A stretch of 44,636 nt of DNA from Patescibacteria group bacterium (GCA_018816385.1 JAHIVK010000054.1:1-44636); one strand, 5' to 3'. Positions 18,163-29,295 are shown, numbered from the stretch's first letter. Notes: a model not told the origin generated them from the letters alone. Numbers and translations are program-made.

Positions 18163-19818
18163 TTAGGTCAGGGGCTGATTAACTGAGAGTTGTTTTTGGC
18201 AATTATGGAGAATTTCTTTGGGTGTATTAAGCAACAGCCAAGCAGCTCGAGGTCCATGAGTTTTGCCCAGTAAAACTTGATAGATACTGGTGAAAGCCTG
18301 CTTTGGTCCTATGCCATTTTTTGACTCAGTGAAAATAGCCTGTTGAAGCTCTTGAGGATCTGGCCATTTTTTGTTCAAGACTTGATTAATTGTCCAAATC
18401 ACAAACTCTTTTTGATCTGCAGTCAGTGAACTAGTGTCATATGACACATTTGCTCTGGGTGTGAGTTGAAATTCACTGGGTGCGTAGTTATCCAGCCAGA
18501 TTTGAGCATGTTTTTTTCTGAGTTCAAGTTCGGCAATTTCTTTTTTAGTCAATGCTGATCCCTTGATCTTGGTAAACTCTGCCTCTAAATCTTTTTCGGG
18601 ATACTGCATCCAGCCAGCCACATCCCGATACCTGGGCAGAAAGTATGGCTTGGGGACAGCCCCAACTTGAGCCAGCTCAAAAGATCTGGCCAGTCTTTGA
18701 TCTCCCGTTTCTTGTCCCCAGAATATTTGGGCCGCTTGGTCATAGTCATCAAATAAGTCTGGCACAGCCATAGTGGCAGGATCAAAATCTATGACCTGAT
18801 TAAAATGTTTATTAGTAAATAGAAAACGACCAACTGCTGGAGGAAACAGTTGCACAAATTCCCTGGCTGAAGTCCCCACTCCCTTGCTGGAACTCATCTT
18901 AGCTCCCCTGACTAAAATCCATTCGTAAGGAATATCGAAAGGAATAATTGAGTTAAAAACTTGCTCGCAGAAAGCATTGGCCATATCGCGGGAACCGCCA
19001 GCTGAAGTGTGATCTTTGCCGGAACCCTCAATGGTCACCCCCATTACCTGCCAATGAGCTGGCCAATCAATTTTCCACATCAGTTTGCCCGACCCATCAA
19101 AAGGTGAGGTAGTGAAGCGTTTTAATTCTTGGCCATCTTTGTCCAAACTGACGGCCTCAACCTTTTGACCATCCCAGGATTGAGTTAGGGTTTTTTTTGA
19201 TTGCAAATCTTTATCAAATGATTTGAATGGATACCAATTTGTTGGTAAATCATACTCTGCAACCTTGGTATAAATATCTTTAATGACTTGAGCTTTATCT
19301 AAGGATGTTTTAATCACTCCATTCATTTGTCCTGATTCATAAAGTTGATGACTCCAGACTATTTCTTGAGAACAACCTAAATAGCGGAAAGCATGGATAA
19401 AATCAAAGGCATAAAGTTGGGCATAACTATTGGCCTCTTGTAACTTTTTCTTTTCTTCACTTGGAATGTGACTGGTATCAATGCCTGACTCAGTAATTTG
19501 GGGCGCAGGGATTTGGCAAAGTGGTTTATCAATGTATGGTTGATACTTTTTAGTATCTAAGTAGCTGGGGATTTTTGTCATGCCATCCAGGTCGTTAATG
19601 ACATAGGTGCTAGTCACGGGTTGGTCAGTTTTGGTGGCTAAAACTTTGGCGACTAAGTCATGGAGCACCACACCTCTCAAAGAACCAACGTGGACTCTAC
19701 CAGAGGGAGTTTTCATATCATCCACATGCAGTTTATTAACTTGGTGCTTTGTTTGCCAATCCAGAACTTCTGCCACCAAAGTGTCTATCCAGTGAGGTGA
19801 CCCAGTTTGTGTTGTCAT
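18163..19818 (-). CDS. lysS: Lysine--tRNA ligase, class I
   Basis: TPSGRVHVGSLR (HIGH), GKLMWKIDWP, GKDH, KMSSSKG, GPR anticodon-domain motif. Confidence 0.93.
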   Translation of the reverse strand: MTTQTGSPHWIDTLVAEVLDWQTKHQVNKLHVDDMKTPSGRVHVGSLRGVVLHDLVAKVLATKTDQPVTSTYVINDLDGMTKIPSYLDTKKYQPYIDKPLCQIPAPQITESGIDTSHIPSEEKKKLQEANSYAQLYAFDFIHAFRYLGCSQEIVWSHQLYESGQMNGVIKTSLDKAQVIKDIYTKVAEYDLPTNWYPFKSFDKDLQSKKTLTQSWDGQKVEAVSLDKDGQELKRFTTSPFDGSGKLMWKIDWPAHWQVMGVTIEGSGKDHTSAGGSRDMANAFCEQVFNSIIPFDIPYEWILVRGAKMSSSKGVGTSAREFVQLFPPAVGRFLFTNKHFNQVIDFDPATMAVPDLFDDYDQAAQIFWGQETGDQRLARSFELAQVGAVPKPYFLPRYRDVAGWMQYPEKDLEAEFTKIKGSALTKKEIAELELRKKHAQIWLDNYAPSEFQLTPRANVSYDTSSLTADQKEFVIWTINQVLNKKWPDPQELQQAIFTESKNGIGPKQAFTSIYQVLLGKTHGPRAAWLLLNTPKEILHNCQKQLSVNQPLT

Positions 19819-20147
19819 TGTAGTTGATTATAAAGCATGTATTGAGGTAAAGATAACTGACTAAAACTATTTGTGATTAAAAAACTTGGCAAATTCAATT
19901 TGAGGAGCATGCGAATTAAACACAACTTAATTTAAATACGCTTATCGTTTTGGAGTTTAATTCGTTGAGTGAGCTTTGTTTTTTTAATAAAAAATTCTCA
20001 TAAAGCGAACGCCTCCGACAATTGTAATTTCCAAGTTTTATACCAATTCTGGTTGACTTAGCACGAAGACCGCAAATCTCCGTTAGTAGAGAATCAGGTT
20101 GGGTGATGGCTTGTTGTTTTGAAAACAGGTGGTGCGGGAATGACAGG

Positions 20148-20648
20148 CTATTTAACGTCGATGATTTTGTACTCAACCACTCCCCCTGGTGCTTGGACTT
20201 GGGCTGTATCCCCCTTCTTTTTACCCATCAGGGATTTGCCCAAAGGAGACACGCTAGAGATTTTATTTTCTCCGGGTTCAGATTCAAATTCGCCGGCCAC
20301 ATCAAAAGTTTTTTTAGCTTGAGAGCCTTTTTTCAAAATTGTGACTTTTGAGCCAACTCCAATTACAGTTTTACTGCGAGTATTGGTGATAATTTGAGCT
20401 TTTTCGATAATTTCTCCAATTTGATCAATCCGAGTCTGAACCAGTTGCTGGTCATCTCGAGCACTGTGATATTCTGAATTTTCGGATAGATCACCATACT
20501 CTCTAGCTTTAGTCACTCGATCAATAGCTTCAGGCAGTTTAGTATCAACTAGCTCTTTCAACTCTTGTTTCAATTCATCCAATCCAGCCTGAGTTAACTG
20601 GATTTGTTGACCATTTATTTGATTAGCTTGACCATTGTCTGTTTTCAT
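20148..20648 (-). CDS. greA: Transcription elongation factor GreA
   Basis: GDLSENSEY, ISSVSPLGKSLMG; start 20648 or 20666. Confidence 0.95.
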   Translation of the reverse strand: MKTDNGQANQINGQQIQLTQAGLDELKQELKELVDTKLPEAIDRVTKAREYGDLSENSEYHSARDDQQLVQTRIDQIGEIIEKAQIITNTRSKTVIGVGSKVTILKKGSQAKKTFDVAGEFESEPGENKISSVSPLGKSLMGKKKGDTAQVQAPGGVVEYKIIDVK

Positions 20649-20695
20649 CGTCGCATCAGTATACATTAAAATTATCCGAGAGCAAGTAGGTTTGA

Positions 20696-20998
20696 TTACA
20701 TCTGGAGAGAATCATTTGAATCGACACTTTGCCATCTTTGGGCTTGATCGACACTATCCACCATAATGGTGACTTCGTCGCTGGGTGAAACTGTTAAAAA
20801 GCCATTGGATACGGTCATTGATTTCCAAACATCAGCCTTTAAGTAAAGGAGTTCCCCCTCTTTGATTCTGGTAAATAAAGGAATGTGTCCAGGCAAAATA
20901 GTGATCATACCTTGGACAGCTTGGGCCGAAACAGCTTCGACTTCTGTAGATAAAAGTTCTTTTTCTTGTGAGACTATCTGCAGTTTGAGTTTGGCCAT
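20696..20998 (-). CDS. atpC: ATP synthase epsilon subunit (short)
   Basis: LQIVS, GMITILPGHIPL, VSNGF; position after atpD. Confidence 0.9.
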   Translation of the reverse strand: MAKLKLQIVSQEKELLSTEVEAVSAQAVQGMITILPGHIPLFTRIKEGELLYLKADVWKSMTVSNGFLTVSPSDEVTIMVDSVDQAQRWQSVDSNDSLQM

Positions 20999-21003
20999 GA
21001 TAT

Positions 21004-23278
<2,275 letters not shown>

Positions 23279-23284
23279 ATAATA

Positions 23285-24814
23285 TTACTTAGATTGTTCT
23301 AACATCAATTCCGGATGTAAACTGTTAAAAGTTTTAACTATTTGATGCAGTTCTTGATCAATGTCTTCGGTTAATTTGGCTTGATTTTTGATTTCACTCA
23401 AAAGTTTGCGATGATTGGAGTGCATGTACTTGATGTATAACTGCTCCCACTCGGTGATAGCTTTTTCTTCAACTGGGTCAAGATAACCCTTGACTGCCGC
23501 AAAAATGATCACCACCTGCTCTTCTGGTTTGAGGGGTTGGTCCCAACCTTGTTTTAAGATGGCATTAACCCTAATACCTCTATCTAGTTGAGCTTTAGTT
23601 TTTTCATCCAAATCAGAACTAAATTGAGAAAAGGCTTCCAATTCTCTAAATTGAGCTAGATCTAATTTCATAGTGCCAGCCACTTGTTTAGTGGATTTAA
23701 GTTGAGCTGATGAGCCGACTCTAGAAACAGACAAACCAATATTAATAGCTGGTTTCATGCCAGCGTTAAACAGGTCAGTTTCAAGATAGATTTGACCATC
23801 AGTAATTGAGATGACATTAGTGGGAATATAGGCAGATACGTCTCCAGCCTGAGTTTCGATAATTGGCAGAGCAGTAATTGAACCTCCGCCGTATTTATCA
23901 TCTAGTCGGCAAGCTCTTTCCAGTAGCCTGGAGTGAAGGTAAAAAACATCACCAGGATAGGCTTCTCTACCAGAAGGACGACGCAGTAAAAGTGAAATTT
24001 CTCGGTAAGCTTGAGCGTGTTTAGTTAAATCATCAAAAATGATTAACACATCTTTGCCTTGATCTAAAAAGTATTCGGCTACAGCTTGACCAGTGTAGGG
24101 AGCTAAGTATTGGGCGGCGGCAGTATCAGAAGCGCTGGCCGAGACAATTATGGTATGATCCATAGCTGATCTTTCGGTTAAGACTTGAGTAATTTGAGCC
24201 AGTGAAGCTCGTTTTTGACCAATTGAAACATAAACACAAACCACATCACCAGCGGTTTGATTAAGGATGGTCCCCAGGGCAATAGCCGTTTTGCCTGTAG
24301 ACCTGTCACCAATAATCAGCTCTCTTTGGCCTCGACCAATGGGAATCATAGCGTCAATGGCTTTGATGCCAGTATGCATAGGGACCGAGACTGATTTGCG
24401 TCGAATCACTCCAGGAGCAATTTTTTCTAGAGGCATGAATCTTTTTGGTTTAATAGGATTGCCGCCATCAATCACCTGTCCTAGACTATCAATAGTTCTA
24501 CCCAGAATACTGTCTGCTACTCCAACTGACAGGACTCGGCCGGTTCTCTTAACAGTTGAACCAGCTCTCAAATGCATAACGTGTCCTAGGGCGACAATAC
24601 CCACGCCCTCTTTTTTGAGATTTAAAGCTAAACCAAACTCACCCTGGCCTAGATCAATTAATTCGCTAATTTGAGCAGAATCTAGTCCAGAGACTTCTAT
24701 GATGCCGTCACCAAATGATTCAACCGTGCCCACAGATTCAGACTGGGGTGATAAATCTGCATCTTGAATTAATTCCTTGAGAGACTCTGAGAATGAGGGA
24801 CTGAGTTTATTCAT
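23285..24814 (-). CDS. atpA: ATP synthase alpha subunit
   Basis: GRGQRELIIGDRSTGKT, GREAYPGDVFYLHSRLLER. Confidence 0.99.
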   Translation of the reverse strand: MNKLSPSFSESLKELIQDADLSPQSESVGTVESFGDGIIEVSGLDSAQISELIDLGQGEFGLALNLKKEGVGIVALGHVMHLRAGSTVKRTGRVLSVGVADSILGRTIDSLGQVIDGGNPIKPKRFMPLEKIAPGVIRRKSVSVPMHTGIKAIDAMIPIGRGQRELIIGDRSTGKTAIALGTILNQTAGDVVCVYVSIGQKRASLAQITQVLTERSAMDHTIIVSASASDTAAAQYLAPYTGQAVAEYFLDQGKDVLIIFDDLTKHAQAYREISLLLRRPSGREAYPGDVFYLHSRLLERACRLDDKYGGGSITALPIIETQAGDVSAYIPTNVISITDGQIYLETDLFNAGMKPAINIGLSVSRVGSSAQLKSTKQVAGTMKLDLAQFRELEAFSQFSSDLDEKTKAQLDRGIRVNAILKQGWDQPLKPEEQVVIIFAAVKGYLDPVEEKAITEWEQLYIKYMHSNHRKLLSEIKNQAKLTEDIDQELHQIVKTFNSLHPELMLEQSK

Positions 24815-24843
24815 AGTTTGGCCTTATTTATTAAATCTATAAT

Positions 24844-24868
24844 TAGACTTTCTGCGGCAGAAAGTCTA
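24844..24868. repeat. 25-bp perfect palindrome made of two family A termini
   Basis: TAGACTTTCTGC-G-GCAGAAAGTCTA; overlaps atpH stop. Confidence 0.85.
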
Positions 24869-25300
24869 TTGTTGTTGAAGTATTTTTTTTATTTTTTCCA
24901 GTTTGCTGGCAATTGTGCCGTCATATTCGGTTGATCCCACTCGAACTTTAAGACCACCAACCACCTTTGGATCAATGACTTCTCTAAAGTCGATGGGTCC
25001 TTGGTTTTTTTCAATGGCTTGTTTGATTTTTTTTCTTTGATCATCTGATAGTTTGACAGCTGTGACCACGGTGGCAGTTGGCAATTGAGATTGAAGCTTG
25101 GCCAATTTACCGGCAATCGTGACGTCAAATTCTTTAAGACCAACCGTAATTTTTAATCCGCCAATAACCCCCGAATTAACCACTTCCTTCAACTCAAACT
25201 CTTGACCAATTTTACGCCTGATTTCACTCTCAACAGCTTTTTTTTGAGTTGGTGTTAATTTGTGGGCAGTGGTAATGACAACTCTTGGTTGATTGGTCAT
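24866..25300 (-). CDS. atpH: ATP synthase delta-like subunit made of two tandem C-terminal domains
   Basis: Two copies of V.TA..L...Q...I ... V.GGLK..VG..E.D.TIA.KL; lies between atpF and atpA. Confidence 0.88.
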   Translation of the reverse strand: MTNQPRVVITTAHKLTPTQKKAVESEIRRKIGQEFELKEVVNSGVIGGLKITVGLKEFDVTIAGKLAKLQSQLPTATVVTAVKLSDDQRKKIKQAIEKNQGPIDFREVIDPKVVGGLKVRVGSTEYDGTIASKLEKIKKILQQQ

Positions 25301-25307
25301 AAATTAT

Positions 25308-25793
25308 TTATATTTGTTTCAAAAACAGATTAAGTTCTTGGTCAATCAGTTTTGAGTGTTGAGCAGAAGTCAATGAAGTGCCCACAACTTTGGCACTGGT
25401 TTGAATGACTGCTTCGGCTAGTTGATCGTTCATACCTTTGAGCATTTGTTCCTTTTCATTGACCCACTTTTGTTTCAAAAGTTCAACTTCTACTTGAGCC
25501 TGTTGTTTTGCCTCTTCAATGATTTGAGTTTTGGTAGTGCTAGCTTCTTTGGTGGCTTTGTCCAAAATTTGAGCTGATTTTTCATTCAGTTCTTGTTTGG
25601 TTTTCTCTCCTAGCGCCTCAATTTGTTCTCTTTGCACCAAAGCTTCTTCAGCCGCCTTTTGTCCTTCGGCAATTCTTTTTGATCTCTCATCAAAGACTTT
25701 TAAAATGGGTTTATAGAGTAGCACAGACAGACTGCCAACAACCACCAAAAAGTTGATGGCTTGAAACAAAATTTGGGGAAATTGAATATCCAT
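25308..25793 (-). CDS. atpF: ATP synthase b subunit
   Basis: QAINFL TM helix, LYKPI...DER...I, coiled coil. Confidence 0.95.
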   Translation of the reverse strand: MDIQFPQILFQAINFLVVVGSLSVLLYKPILKVFDERSKRIAEGQKAAEEALVQREQIEALGEKTKQELNEKSAQILDKATKEASTTKTQIIEEAKQQAQVEVELLKQKWVNEKEQMLKGMNDQLAEAVIQTSAKVVGTSLTSAQHSKLIDQELNLFLKQI

Positions 25794-25814
25794 AGCTCTC
25801 CTTTATTTTTGATT

Positions 25815-26039
<225 letters not shown>

Positions 26040-26053
26040 TTATAAATAATTAC

Positions 26054-27007
26054 TTAATGTTCTTCGTGACCTTGGGTGGCCATGTTAAAAAATACCAGCG
26101 ACAACATAGAAAAAACTAAGGCTTGAATAAAACCCACAAATAGCTCCAAGCCGTAAAAAGGCATAGGCACCACCACGGGAATTAAAAAAGTGATGACTAC
26201 CAACAGCACTTCGCCGGCAAAGATATTGCCAAATAACCGGAAAGCAAACGAGATAATTTTGGCAAACTCGGAAATAAGCTCCAGCAGGCCTACAAAAAAA
26301 TCAATGGGACTGGCAAGATTAAAGAATTTTTTGAGGTAAGAAAACTTGAGGGTCATTAGACCAAAAATTTGAGTAGCAATGACTGAAGTAATTGCCAAAG
26401 CTAAAGTCGTGTTGAGGTCAGCACTACCGGGACGGAAAACAGGAGCCTTAATTTGATGATTGCTAGCTTCAATTAATTCTTCTTTAGTGAACATATCTAA
26501 ATCATTGACAATATTGGTTTCTGTTTCAACTTGATGTTGGAGAGTGATCTCATGATTGGGGTCAGCCTGATGCTGGTCTGTTTCTAGGTGTTGATTAACT
26601 TCTTCCAGTGTCACTTCAATCGCCTCAAGTTCATTGGTTATAGTCACTTCATCTTGTTCGGCAATAGGCGTAGTAACTATGGTACCCACACCCGGCAATA
26701 AGCCGAACCAGTTGTTAAACAGGATAAACAAGAAAAAAGTTGCAAAAAATGGTAAAAATCGGCGTGTTTTTTTGGCGTCTCCAGTGATAGTTTGGATAAA
26801 GCTTTGTAAAGTCTCAATTAGCCACTCAGCAACATTTTGTAAACCTTTTGGTTTATTTGTAGATTTAAGTTTAAAGCGAACTATCAAGGCAAACGCAATC
26901 ATTACAAAACTAACAATCAAGCTGGTTAACATTGAGTTAGTAATTTGGAGATGGCCAATTTGGAATAATGGTTCAGCTGAAATTGAAATATGTGGACCAG
27001 TTGCCAT
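26054..27007 (-). CDS. atpB: ATP synthase a subunit with acidic/His-rich insertion
   Basis: NWFGLLPG, ADLNTTLALA, SFAFRLFGNIFAGE, IQALVF. Confidence 0.96.
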   Translation of the reverse strand: MATGPHISISAEPLFQIGHLQITNSMLTSLIVSFVMIAFALIVRFKLKSTNKPKGLQNVAEWLIETLQSFIQTITGDAKKTRRFLPFFATFFLFILFNNWFGLLPGVGTIVTTPIAEQDEVTITNELEAIEVTLEEVNQHLETDQHQADPNHEITLQHQVETETNIVNDLDMFTKEELIEASNHQIKAPVFRPGSADLNTTLALAITSVIATQIFGLMTLKFSYLKKFFNLASPIDFFVGLLELISEFAKIISFAFRLFGNIFAGEVLLVVITFLIPVVVPMPFYGLELFVGFIQALVFSMLSLVFFNMATQGHEEH

Positions 27008-27075
27008 AAGTTATTTCTGTATTATTTTGACTCAAAAGTACGCATTATATCCAGATTGAGTATTATAACAGCACC

Positions 27076-27114
27076 AGACTTTATTAACTCGTTTTTTATT
27101 TCGCAGAAAGTCTA
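27076..27114. repeat. Family A truncated derivative upstream of the atp operon
   Basis: AGACTTT...TTAACTCGTTTTTTATTTCGCAGAAAGTCTA. Confidence 0.75.
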
Positions 27115-27176
27115 CTCAATTTAATAGTGACTGCTTCAATAACACACATTTTTAGTTAATTCAAAAAAACGGGTTG

Positions 27177-28982
27177 TTACTCTGCCAGAACAATCACTGC
27201 ACTGTATTTGCTCAAGCTATCTTCAGTTGAGTAACCCTCAGCAAATACTAATTCTAACTCTGAATCCTTACTTAAAGCTTGCACCAATCCAACACTCTCT
27301 TCGGCCATCAGCACGTACACGCCAGCTTCATAATCACCCTTAGCATTGCCAGCCACCACAGATTTATAATCAGCGGTTTCCAGTTTTGTTTTGGTCGTGC
27401 CGGCGTAGCCTGCTTTGGTAGTGGCATTGACAACCAAGATAGAAACGGTTGTTCGATCAACTTCAATGGGTGTGGGTGCGATAGTGGGCTCAGTTTCGCC
27501 TGGAGTTTGAGCGTCGTCAGTGATGACAACTGGAGTTTCTGGGGGGGTAGCTTGCGAATTGGTGAAGTTAAGGATGGCTAATCCAACTCCAACGCCAATG
27601 GCGACAGTTGCGAAGAATACAGCCACGGTGATAAAGAGCATTCTGAGCATAGTGTTGACTCCTGTTGATTTGGTTGATGCAGGCTTTTGTATTTGAGTGG
27701 CTGATGTGAGTTGAGGTTTAAGACTTGGTTTTTCTTGATGACTATTGTCTGAGGTAGAGCTAGTGAAGCGAGTCAAGTCGATGTTGGCTTTGGGAGTTTC
27801 TTCTGGTTTGGCTTTACCCATGGCTGATCCTACAGTTGGACTAACCTCTTTCTTTTCCAGGGTTTTGTTTAATTTAGCTTCAATATCTAATTTATTATCT
27901 AGTTTGGCAGTTGATTCAAACTTAACTCCCGATTTAGTAGGTTTAATTTGATCGGTGGTTTCACCGACTGATTCCACACTTACCTCTGGCGTAGGAGCGA
28001 CAACAGGTGTTGATTTTTCCTCTTGGGAGGCATCATTGGGTTTGGGCAGATCTGACATACTCTGGGTCTCCTGACTAGTTGATGCTTCATTATTAAATGA
28101 ATTGGCTTGATATACAAGGTCCTCTTGGTCTTGAGTCGAAATAGAGCCAAGTTTAAACTGAGGCACCGGATACTCATCAATCGACAGAGTTCTCATGCCG
28201 GACTCAATAATTTGTTTAACAAATCCCGGCATTTTGGCCTGATCGTCTTTAATATTTGTTAATTGCTGAAGTGGCACGGTGTCACTTAAGAGAGTTTTGA
28301 GTTTATCTTCAATTTGATTACTGGCTAGTAAGTATATAGTTTGAATGTTAGGTTCAGTACCCTTGAGAGTTTTAATAGTTTCGGCGACTTGATCAACGTC
28401 TGTTGCAAGAGTTAGGGTGGCTTGATCAACACCAATGTAGTGCAAGGCTGTATAGAGATAAGCTCCAATTTGCAGGACGGAAATTGAGGGTTCAAGGGAA
28501 ACTACAGATTTAACAGTCCAAGTTACGGGTGAAATACTAGAAATTTGGACCTTATATTTATTGGCCATGATTCTGATGGGAGCCAGCAATGATTTTTCCA
28601 GAGCCGAAACTTGCACTTTGGCATTGTTATTAAGTTGAGCCAACACACTGGTTTCGATTTCATGGGTAGATTTGGTTAAACCTAGTTTGGGTAAGGTGGT
28701 GTTGATAAGTTGGTCAATTATCTTTTTATCATCTGTTTCATTGACTGTTAGGATGGTATTGGTGAACATAGAATCAGGTAAAATTAACCGATATTCTTCC
28801 GGTTCCAGTTTTTCAAACAACTTTTCAATGTTGACAGTATTAAAAACATTTTCATCCATAAACTGACCATTGATCTGGCGAAATGACTGGATGGCAAAGG
28901 TATGGGGTTTTTTGGCGGGTAGCAACTCGGCGATGTACGCCAAATCCGGCAGGATGTAGAGAAGTTTGTGTGTGTTGAGCAT
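27177..28982 (-). CDS. Membrane-anchored protein: N-terminal globular domain (possibly PilM/GspL-like), low-complexity linker, TM helix, LytR C-terminal domain
   Basis: TM LFITVAVFFATVAIGVGVGLAIL; LytR_C-like ILVVNATTKAGYAG...L...Y..V.AGNA. Confidence 0.65.
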   Translation of the reverse strand: MLNTHKLLYILPDLAYIAELLPAKKPHTFAIQSFRQINGQFMDENVFNTVNIEKLFEKLEPEEYRLILPDSMFTNTILTVNETDDKKIIDQLINTTLPKLGLTKSTHEIETSVLAQLNNNAKVQVSALEKSLLAPIRIMANKYKVQISSISPVTWTVKSVVSLEPSISVLQIGAYLYTALHYIGVDQATLTLATDVDQVAETIKTLKGTEPNIQTIYLLASNQIEDKLKTLLSDTVPLQQLTNIKDDQAKMPGFVKQIIESGMRTLSIDEYPVPQFKLGSISTQDQEDLVYQANSFNNEASTSQETQSMSDLPKPNDASQEEKSTPVVAPTPEVSVESVGETTDQIKPTKSGVKFESTAKLDNKLDIEAKLNKTLEKKEVSPTVGSAMGKAKPEETPKANIDLTRFTSSTSDNSHQEKPSLKPQLTSATQIQKPASTKSTGVNTMLRMLFITVAVFFATVAIGVGVGLAILNFTNSQATPPETPVVITDDAQTPGETEPTIAPTPIEVDRTTVSILVVNATTKAGYAGTTKTKLETADYKSVVAGNAKGDYEAGVYVLMAEESVGLVQALSKDSELELVFAEGYSTEDSLSKYSAVIVLAE

Positions 28983-29012
28983 CAAGTACGATTATACTAT
29001 ACAATCTGGAGC

Positions 29013-29021
29013 TGGTATAAT
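29013..29021 (+). promoter_or_regulatory. Extended -10 promoter of tRNA-Lys
   Basis: TGGTATAAT 20 bp upstream of the tRNA. Confidence 0.6.
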
Positions 29022-29041
29022 CCAGGGTTGCCCAAAATATT

Positions 29042-29115
29042 GGGTCCGTAGCTCAGTTGGTTAGAGCGACAGCCTTTTAAGCTGTGCGTCCCGGGTTCGA
29101 GTCCCGGCGGACTCA
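29042..29115 (+). tRNA. tRNA-Lys(UUU), CCA not encoded
   Basis: Cloverleaf: GGGTCCG/CGGACTC acceptor, ACAGC-CTTTTAA-GCTGT anticodon arm, GGTTCGAGTCC T arm. Confidence 0.96.
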
Positions 29116-29121
29116 CTTTCT

Positions 29122-29152
29122 AAAATAAGTCGATAGAATATCGACTTATTTT
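29122..29152 (+). terminator. Hairpin/terminator after tRNA
   Basis: AAAATAAGTCGATA-GAA-TATCGACTTATTTT perfect 14-bp stem. Confidence 0.6.
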
Positions 29153-29274
29153 AAAAATGATCCTACGGATCAAACCCATGTCTTCAATAAAGACTCATCT
29201 TTATTGAAGACACGGGTTCCCCCGAAATTGATCTTAATCAATTTCGGGACTAGTCCCGAATCGAAGATTCGGGG

Positions 29275-29295
29275 GAGTCCCGGCGGACTCACTTT
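29275..29295 (+). repeat. 21-bp duplication of the tRNA-Lys 3' end (att-like)
   Basis: GAGTCCCGGCGGACTCACTTT identical to 29099..29119. Confidence 0.9.

Noticed and set aside
19820-20147. ORF 19916..20176 or ncRNA/T-box in the greA-lysS gap
   Set aside because: The ORF overlaps greA and is not protein-like; no T-box or riboswitch motif recognised.
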